NCBI RefSeq assembly: GCF_025643275.1
Contig: NZ_CP089977.1
Location: 270,001 to 302,000, forward strand
From: Moraxella nasicaprae
Lineage (GTDB): Bacteria > Pseudomonadota > Gammaproteobacteria > Pseudomonadales > Moraxellaceae
DNA: 32,000 nucleotides
Reading direction: 5' to 3'
Position numbers and translations under genes: made by a program. Positions 10,200 to 16,304 of this stretch are shown here, piece by piece; the first letter of the stretch is position 1, and every line of letters starts with the position of its first letter. Below the pieces are notes generated by a model. The model made no database searches. It worked only from the letters and a program-made list of their open reading frames with translations, and had not been told where the DNA came from.

Positions 10200-12149
10200 A
10201 TGAAAAATGGCGATGACCTACTAACACGCCATTTAAACGCCAACAGCACCGCACGACACCAAGAGCTTATCGCCTCAGTCCGTGAATTAGTTAAAGATAT
10301 TCACAAATCGGAATTATACAGCCGCTCGCTCAAAGCAGACGCATACCGCAGTCAGCCCTACTTTGCAACCGATGTGGAAATGACCGCTAGGGCATTTGAA
10401 GGACATATCCAACACACCCTATCTAAAATGGGGATTAAAAATGATTTCTTGGTAAATATCAAAGCTGAAAAAGACTGGCAAAAGAACTTGGACGCTTATC
10501 CCTACCCCAAAGCGGAAGAATTAGAACCACTTGGTAAGGCGTATAATGCCGTTTTTGACACACTCAAAGAAGTGGATAAAGAATTTATACCAACTCACTA
10601 TGAGCCTGAACAGATTATCCACGCTGATACTTTGGCTGTTACAGAAGCTGAAAAGACAAAAGAAAACCAGCCTTTTGCATTGGATGCACAAAATCAGGAC
10701 AATACTTACTCAAACAGTATTGATAACGCCATACAAGGCAAGCCACTAGAGAGTGCCAAAATTTGGGTGGGTAGAACGCCACAAGTTTTGCAAATGCTAG
10801 GGGTGCAAGATTTGCCTGTGTATATTCATAGAAAAACCGTATTAAAAGACGCTATCAGAAAACACAATATAACCGCAGATGATATAAAAGCAATTCCAAG
10901 TCAGCTTGAAAGACCTATTGCGGTAATGAAATCAGCACAGACATCCAGTAATCCAAACGCTTATTTGGTTCTGACTGAACTGATCGAAAAAGAAAATGGG
11001 AAAGATAAGCCTGTTATTGCTGTCTTGTCTGTCGCTCAAAAAGAAGACAGTATAGAAATTAATTCAGTATATGGCAGAAGACAAAGCCAAATTGAAAGAG
11101 ACTTGAATAATGTGCTGTATTGGGATAGCAAAAAAGGTCAACAATTTATTGATAGCTTCGGGTATCAATTACCCCCCTCGCTATCTAATGCCGACCTTTT
11201 GCATCATTATAAAACAGAGAAAGATTTAAGTCAATATATTTTGAAAGCAAATCTTGACAAAGATTACCATGCTAAAATTATTGAGGATAATGTTAAAAAA
11301 ATCTTGCAGGATTATACAAAAGATATTATTAGATTTAATTCCAGCATTGACAAAGTAATTGGTGGCAGTTACGGGCGTGGCTATGTACCTATGGGAAGAA
11401 CACCTGATGTGCTGAAAATCTTGGGTGTGCCTGATACAAAGGTTAGAATAAAGGAACAACACCTTGAAAAGGTAATGGCAATCCATCTTGGCATTCCTGA
11501 TGGTAAATACGAAACGCCACACAATGTAACGCCTGACACTTTGCGAAAAATCCCAAGTGAGATACACAATCCAATTGCTGTATTTAAATCTTCCACAAGG
11601 GATAATTCTTATTTGACTTTAACAGAACAGCATGAGCAAAAAGCAACCACTGGTGAAAATTCGCCAATCGCTGTGATTTTCAATGTCAATGCTGGCAAAG
11701 ATGAAATTGATATTATCAATATTGGCAGCATCTATGGGCGTTCACAAAATCAGCTTGTCAAAGATTTTACAGAAAATTTACTGTATATCAATACAGAAAA
11801 AGGTCAGAAATTTCTGAATACCGAAAGGCTTCAATTGCCGTGGGATTTTACATCAGATACTTCTAACCTTTCCCAAGATTATAAAACAGAGAAAGATTTA
11901 AGTCAATATATTTTGCAAGCAAATCTTGACAAAGAACGCATCGAGCAATTTTTACAAATTGCCACAGAAATCCAAGCCAAGATTGATAACGCTCCAAATA
12001 AAGAGCTGTCTGCATTTGCACAGGTTATCTATGAAGATATTCAAAGCGTCCATGATAAGGCTCAAAAAGAAACAGCCCCAACCTTTGATGAATTGGAAAT
12101 TGCCAAGCGGCATCTTGAAGGACTAAATTATTCTTTTGAAAAAAAATAG
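10200..12149 (+). CDS. polyvalent-protein segment: C-terminal half of an HExxH zincin-like module plus two tandem MuF-C/PBECR-like domains plus a helical spacer
   Basis: 649-aa ORF. The frame stays open upstream to 10029 and there encodes GIAFGARGSGWASAHYE..LTKTRGAGSLAHEWWHALDHY. There is no Shine-Dalgarno sequence before ATG 10200. Internal duplication: aa 186-354 versus aa 393-578. Confidence 0.6.
   Translation: MKNGDDLLTRHLNANSTARHQELIASVRELVKDIHKSELYSRSLKADAYRSQPYFATDVEMTARAFEGHIQHTLSKMGIKNDFLVNIKAEKDWQKNLDAYPYPKAEELEPLGKAYNAVFDTLKEVDKEFIPTHYEPEQIIHADTLAVTEAEKTKENQPFALDAQNQDNTYSNSIDNAIQGKPLESAKIWVGRTPQVLQMLGVQDLPVYIHRKTVLKDAIRKHNITADDIKAIPSQLERPIAVMKSAQTSSNPNAYLVLTELIEKENGKDKPVIAVLSVAQKEDSIEINSVYGRRQSQIERDLNNVLYWDSKKGQQFIDSFGYQLPPSLSNADLLHHYKTEKDLSQYILKANLDKDYHAKIIEDNVKKILQDYTKDIIRFNSSIDKVIGGSYGRGYVPMGRTPDVLKILGVPDTKVRIKEQHLEKVMAIHLGIPDGKYETPHNVTPDTLRKIPSEIHNPIAVFKSSTRDNSYLTLTEQHEQKATTGENSPIAVIFNVNAGKDEIDIINIGSIYGRSQNQLVKDFTENLLYINTEKGQKFLNTERLQLPWDFTSDTSNLSQDYKTEKDLSQYILQANLDKERIEQFLQIATEIQAKIDNAPNKELSAFAQVIYEDIQSVHDKAQKETAPTFDELEIAKRHLEGLNYSFEKK
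11206..11263 (+). repeat. 58-nt direct repeat, copy 1 (57/58 identical to 11878-11935)
   Basis: ATTATAAAACAGAGAAAGATTTAAGTCAATATATTTTG[A/C]AAGCAAATCTTGACAAAGA. Encodes YKTEKDLSQYIL(K/Q)ANLDK at the end of each duplicated domain. Confidence 0.9.
11878..11935 (+). repeat. 58-nt direct repeat, copy 2
   Basis: Same sequence as 11206-11263 with one mismatch. The offset is 672 nt, exactly 224 codons. Confidence 0.9.
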
Positions 12150-14235
12150 CACCTATTATCAATTTGGCGGGCTAATCAATTATGCCAAAATGTCCATTTA
12201 TCACGAAATCGATCGCCAAGACTGGCAGAAAGTCGATGATGTGCAGGTATCGTATGACAGCATCCAAGATGAAGCCAGTCATCTGTATTCTATCAAAATC
12301 AATGGTAAAACCTATGAATTATCCAGCCAAGATATTAAACAAAGAAATTTTGATGCAATTAAAGCTGACTTAGGATATGTGGTGCATAAACAACATGATG
12401 AATATCTACAAAAAATTGCAGACCAAATCTTAGAGCATGAACAAATTATCCGCGCTGACACGCTGGCAGTTATTGGTGCTGAAAAGACAAAGGAAAGTTT
12501 AGAGCCAATTATGGAAAACCAAGAAAACAATCCCCTTAATATTATTGCCAAAGATTTTAGCGATGACCCAGCCTCCAAAGAAGTACAAGATAGAGTTATG
12601 GCGTTAGCTAAACAGCACCCACAAGAACTAATTAAAATTTATACAGAAATGAGTTCTACTTTTAACGGTCGCTATATCGCTTCTGATATGATGAAAGAAG
12701 TGTTTGAGGATTTTAATCGATCGCCAGCTCATCGCAACCAATTTAATAACGCCGTACACAATTCGGCAGCCACATTATCCGCCTTACATTTTGAGCAAAT
12801 GATTAACGAGCCAGTTATAGATGGACGTGATACAGTCGTATTTTTAACAGGTAGCCCAGGGGCTGGTAAAACTTCATCGGTAATGAATAATGACGGCTTA
12901 GATGAAACAACCAAAGTAGTTTTTGAAGGGCAACTAGCCAATGCTCATATTAGTAATGCACCCATACAAAAAATACAACAAGCCTTAGATAACAATTTAA
13001 AAGTTAAAATTGTTGCGGTTAATCCATTGCCTGAACAAGCCTTAGAAAACACCTTTAAAAGATACTATGATCCCAATGATGGGCGTGGTGCTCCAATATC
13101 TACAATGGCACGCATCCAAGGCAATACTTATGACGGCTTAAAAGCCATACATGATAAGTTTGGTGATAAAGTAGAATTGCATATCGTTGATAAACCAGAC
13201 GGTAACAAAAACACTATAAAATATACTGGCTGGCAACATTTAGATGTGCTAAAATCACAAGGTGCAGAAGCTGAAATTGCAAAGCGACTGGAAAATCATC
13301 TTATCAACCACTATTCACAGGGAAAAATTAATTATGAATGCTTCAAACAATCAGCAGGTTCAGATGAACGAGCAAAACAACTCATTTCAAGCTTGGATAG
13401 ATCGCACCATCGAGGGACACAAGAGAATGGCAACAGACGAGAAATTTCGTCAGGAAGTCGCCAAGAAAGCCACACCCAGCAGGGAAGAAGTTCAAGCCCT
13501 GTTAGCCAAGCACATACCCACATTACAAACAGCCAAACCAAACCTAATTTAAGCACTCAAAACACCTATATCAACTGCCCCTATACCGAGAAAGACCAAG
13601 CCAAATCACTAGGGGCAAAATGGGACAATACCAATAAGTCTTGGTATGTACCAGCAGGTCTTGATTTAAATAAATTTGAAAAATGGCTGACTTCTGAACA
13701 AGAGAAAAACACGAAAACACCAACCAATCAACAAAACAAAATCTACCTATACACCACCCCTGAAGACATCCAACAACTGCAAGAGCTAAAAGCTCAGGGC
13801 GTGGTTGCTTTTGATATTACACATAAAGTTTGGTATGCCAAAGAAGCTGACAATCCAGCTGTAAAACAATGGCTAAATAGACCAAACATCCCCACTCCAC
13901 AAGAGTCATTTGCAGAATACCTTAAAGCCAATGGTATTGCTGTTGTTGGTGAACACCCTATTTTAGATGGTAGAGCTCACCGTATTAGCAATAAAGGTTT
14001 AGCTGATAAAAAACACGCCCTATTGAGCGTGTTTTTGTTAGAACAAGTTGGTTTAGTAGCGGATACCTGCCATCTCTTCGGTAACACGGATAACCTGTGT
14101 GCTATAACCCATCTCATTATCATACCACACATACAAAGTGGCACGATTATCAGTAGCGATGGTGGCTTTGGCATCAAAAATAGCCACTTTCTCAGAACCC
14201 ACAAAATCAGTCGATACCGCTTCTGGCGAGTCTGA
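12136..14235 (+). CDS. polyvalent-protein segment: unknown N-terminal module, zeta-toxin-like P-loop kinase, two KWD..WY modules, truncated primase N-terminus
   Basis: 699-aa ORF in the +1 frame relative to 10200-12149. Walker A GSPGAGKTS at 12850-12876. ..VVFEGQ.. and ..FKRYYDPNDGRGAPIS.. resemble zeta/PezT-type kinases. AKWDNTNKSWYVPAGLD at about 13567-13689. The last ~220 nt (after ~14016) run through the gap terminator and antisense into gap, so they are probably not coding. Confidence 0.6.
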   Translation: MKKNSTYYQFGGLINYAKMSIYHEIDRQDWQKVDDVQVSYDSIQDEASHLYSIKINGKTYELSSQDIKQRNFDAIKADLGYVVHKQHDEYLQKIADQILEHEQIIRADTLAVIGAEKTKESLEPIMENQENNPLNIIAKDFSDDPASKEVQDRVMALAKQHPQELIKIYTEMSSTFNGRYIASDMMKEVFEDFNRSPAHRNQFNNAVHNSAATLSALHFEQMINEPVIDGRDTVVFLTGSPGAGKTSSVMNNDGLDETTKVVFEGQLANAHISNAPIQKIQQALDNNLKVKIVAVNPLPEQALENTFKRYYDPNDGRGAPISTMARIQGNTYDGLKAIHDKFGDKVELHIVDKPDGNKNTIKYTGWQHLDVLKSQGAEAEIAKRLENHLINHYSQGKINYECFKQSAGSDERAKQLISSLDRSHHRGTQENGNRREISSGSRQESHTQQGRSSSPVSQAHTHITNSQTKPNLSTQNTYINCPYTEKDQAKSLGAKWDNTNKSWYVPAGLDLNKFEKWLTSEQEKNTKTPTNQQNKIYLYTTPEDIQQLQELKAQGVVAFDITHKVWYAKEADNPAVKQWLNRPNIPTPQESFAEYLKANGIAVVGEHPILDGRAHRISNKGLADKKHALLSVFLLEQVGLVADTCHLFGNTDNLCAITHLIIIPHIQSGTIISSDGGFGIKNSHFLRTHKISRYRFWRV
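13334..13552 (+). CDS. candidate 72-aa ORF in an alternative frame inside the 12136-14235 ORF
   Basis: ATG 13334 is preceded by AGGGA (13319-13323). The product MNASNNQQVQMNEQNNSFQAWIDRTIEGHKRMATDEKFRQEVAKKATPSREEVQALLAKHIPTLQTAKPNLI looks like a normal helical protein. The co-linear main-frame stretch is S/R/Q/H-rich low complexity. Confidence 0.3.
   Translation: MNASNNQQVQMNEQNNSFQAWIDRTIEGHKRMATDEKFRQEVAKKATPSREEVQALLAKHIPTLQTAKPNLI
14009..14036. terminator. bidirectional rho-independent terminator (serves gap on the minus strand)
   Basis: AAAAACACGC (14009-14018), loop CCTATTGA, GCGTGTTTTT (14027-14036): a 10-bp perfect stem. On the minus strand it is followed by a U-run, 17 nt after the gap stop codon. 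Confidence 0.8.
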
Positions 14236-15399
14236 ATAATCAATCTGCTCTTGCCATTGCAAACTTTGGCTGGCTTGCTTGATGAACGCATTCAAGGCTT
14301 CGGCTGAACCAACTGCTTTTTCGAAGTTTAGGTTTAAAATCGCCAAAGACACATTTGGTGTTGGTACACGAATGGCGTTGCCAGACAGCTTACCTTTTAG
14401 CTCAGGAATGGCTTTTGCCACCGCAGAAGCTGCACCTGTGCTGGTCATAACCATGTTTAGTGGTGCAGCACGACCACGACGGTCTGCTTTATGATGGTTG
14501 TCCACCAGATTTTGGTCATTGGTAAAGGCGTGCACCGTTTCCATATGACCGTTGATGATGCCATACTCATCGTGTAGCACTTTTAGGGTTGGTGTGATGG
14601 CGTTAGTGGTACAGCTTGCTGCTGATACGATGGTGTCATCGCCAATGGTTTGATGGTTCACGCCATACACGATGTTTTTCACTTCGCCTTTGGCTGGGGC
14701 GGTCAATAATACTTTTGCCACACCTTTGCTTGCCAAATGCTTGCCTAGACCTGCTTCATCTTTCCATTTGCCTGTGTTGTCAATCACAATGGCGTTATTG
14801 ATGCCATAAGCTGTATAATCCACTTCACTTGGGTCGGCGGCATAAATCATTTGGATAAAGCGACCATTAGCGATGATACCATTATTGGCTTCATCAACGC
14901 TCACACTGCCATCAAACCAGCCGTGTACTGAGTCTCTTTCTAACAAACTGGCACGCTTGGCAAGGTCGCCTTCACCTGCTGGACGCACGACAATTGCTTT
15001 TAGCTGCAAGCCAGTTTCAGAGGCTGGGCGACTCATCAATAGGCGTGCCAAAATACGACCGATACGACCAAAACCATACAACACCACATCAGTAGCTGGT
15101 GCAACACCCGCCTTAAAATCAGCTGCTGTCTTGCCAGCCTTAACCGCCTGACCCAAATCGATACGGGCGGTGCTAATGCCTGATTCAACCAATGCTTGGG
15201 CAAGTTTTAGCGTGTCAGCAATCGCCACACCGTGCATATCATGCAATGCCAAAATTTGAGCCACTGATAATGCCACACGCTGACCAAAAAATGAGATTTG
15301 CACTTCTTTGGCAGCCAACAAGCTCAATGCGGCAATCAACGCAGCAGCATCTGTTTCTTGAACCTTACGGCTTGATAGATGATTGGCAAAAACTGTCAT
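14053..15399 (-). CDS. gap: glyceraldehyde-3-phosphate dehydrogenase, long form with a ~110-aa N-terminal extension
   Basis: NAD-binding GFGRIGR and the catalytic SAASCTTNA motif. I prefer the start at MTVFANH (15399), which is preceded by AAGGA. The ORF-track start is 15432. Confidence 0.9.
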   Translation of the reverse strand: MTVFANHLSSRKVQETDAAALIAALSLLAAKEVQISFFGQRVALSVAQILALHDMHGVAIADTLKLAQALVESGISTARIDLGQAVKAGKTAADFKAGVAPATDVVLYGFGRIGRILARLLMSRPASETGLQLKAIVVRPAGEGDLAKRASLLERDSVHGWFDGSVSVDEANNGIIANGRFIQMIYAADPSEVDYTAYGINNAIVIDNTGKWKDEAGLGKHLASKGVAKVLLTAPAKGEVKNIVYGVNHQTIGDDTIVSAASCTTNAITPTLKVLHDEYGIINGHMETVHAFTNDQNLVDNHHKADRRGRAAPLNMVMTSTGAASAVAKAIPELKGKLSGNAIRVPTPNVSLAILNLNFEKAVGSAEALNAFIKQASQSLQWQEQIDYSDSPEAVSTDFVGSEKVAIFDAKATIATDNRATLYVWYDNEMGYSTQVIRVTEEMAGIRY

Positions 15400-15560
15400 A
15401 AGATTTTCCTTTATTTTATGAGTGGAACACAAAAGTAACGCCTAACTTTTTCAAATTGTAAATCAAAAATTGCATTTTGGCAATCGTAATTCATTTGAAA
15501 AATATACATATTTTTTATATGAATATATAAATCAGACAGCCCACCGTCCATCATCTTTTA

Positions 15561-16037
15561 TCATGCGTGTGCCCGCTCATCTGCCAACCAAGTCAAAATT
15601 GCCGCATTGGCCTCTGGCAACGCATCTTGACTGGCTAACAAGGTATCTTTTGACAGCCACAGCAACGCCTGTCCTTCTTGTCCCACTTGGCGATTGGCAA
15701 AAGCTGCATATTGCTCATCATTCATCATCGCTTGACAAATATGCAATCGCACGGATTTGTCATCATAATGATGCTCAATCTCCCCCATAAAAACCAGCTG
15801 GTCGGTTTTTAAAGATAGACCCAACTCCTCCATGACCTCTCGAATCACAGCATCAAAAAATGACTCGCCTGCGTCTATCTTACCACCAACAAATTCCAGT
15901 TTACCACCTTGATGTTGATGCAATGCACGCCTTGCCAATAAAAATTCATCGCCATATCGCAAGACCGCCACCGCCACTTCGATGATTTTTTTGTCAAAAT
16001 TGACTGCATGCTGGGTTTGATTTATACCGTTTATCAT
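15561..16037 (-). CDS. mutT: Nudix hydrolase, MutT (8-oxo-dGTP diphosphatase) type
   Basis: Nudix box GGKIDAGESFFDAVIREVMEELGL. 158 aa. Confidence 0.8.
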   Translation of the reverse strand: MINGINQTQHAVNFDKKIIEVAVAVLRYGDEFLLARRALHQHQGGKLEFVGGKIDAGESFFDAVIREVMEELGLSLKTDQLVFMGEIEHHYDDKSVRLHICQAMMNDEQYAAFANRQVGQEGQALLWLSKDTLLASQDALPEANAAILTWLADERAHA

Positions 16038-16056
16038 AAAAAATATACCGTTTATC
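16023..16056. repeat. two perfect 13-bp direct repeats (TATACCGTTTATC), 21 bp apart, straddling the mutT start codon
   Basis: Copies at 16023-16035 and 16044-16056. The mutT ATG is the complement of 16035-16037. Confidence 0.85.
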
Positions 16057-16127
16057 TAAAAGTTGACCAATTTTATCAAATTTTGCATTTTGTATTTGCA
16101 ATCTTTGAAAAATTTGCTATCATAACA

Positions 16128-16146
16128 ACAAATGATAATTATTATT
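16128..16146. promoter_or_regulatory. Fur-box-like site upstream of hemP
   Basis: ACAAATGATAATTATTATT matches the 19-bp consensus GATAATGATAATCATTATC at 14/19 positions by hand alignment. Confidence 0.5.
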
Positions 16147-16189
16147 GTTTAGTAACAAGTATCATTCTAGCAAACAAGATACCAGCCAA

Positions 16190-16207
16190 ACAATCATTAT
16201 CATTTTC
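16190..16207. promoter_or_regulatory. second, weaker Fur-like hexamer array
   Basis: ACAATC ATTATC ATTTTC: three NATWAT-type hexamers, about 100 nt upstream of the hemP ATG. Confidence 0.35.
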
Positions 16208-16304
16208 TTGCGTCCATAGACGCAGTGTGTTCATTTAAAGTTTTAGTTTAAGCCAATGCGGCTCGGGAAAAAACCCGTTACCCGCCAACAGAAGGAAAAT
16301 CGCC

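Larger units (their letters stand above)
9932..14016 (+). pseudogene. mosaic, truncated and frame-interrupted polyvalent-protein gene (conjugative-element/phage effector type)
   Basis: Colinear domain string recovered by reading across three plus-strand frames (see findings). No usable start codon at the 5' end. In-frame stop at 10026-10028. Frame changes at the A5 run 10007-10011, near 10062, and at the A8 run 12139-12146. The primase-like module stops after about 40 aa at the gap terminator. Confidence 0.6.

Noticed and set aside
14017-14291. Tail of ORF 12136-14235 and minus-strand ORF 13977-14291 overlapping gap
   Set aside because: Both run through the gap terminator hairpin and antisense or out of frame to the strongly supported gap CDS. 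The primase-like homology ends at about 14016.
14053-15432. N-terminal ~110-aa extension on GAPDH considered as a possible fusion or novelty
   Set aside because: Long-form GAPDH paralogues of about 450-480 aa are known in Pseudomonas/Acinetobacter-type gammaproteobacteria. The extra 11 codons in the ORF track are just an upstream in-frame Met.
15470-15790. 106-aa plus-strand ORF opposite mutT
   Set aside because: It is antisense to the Nudix-box-containing ORF and has no protein-like features.
16008-16238. 76-aa plus-strand ORF spanning the mutT-hemP intergenic region
   Set aside because: This is an AT-rich promoter/operator region containing the Fur-like sites. The ORF overlaps the mutT start and has no ribosome-binding site. 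The real small gene here is hemP, further downstream.
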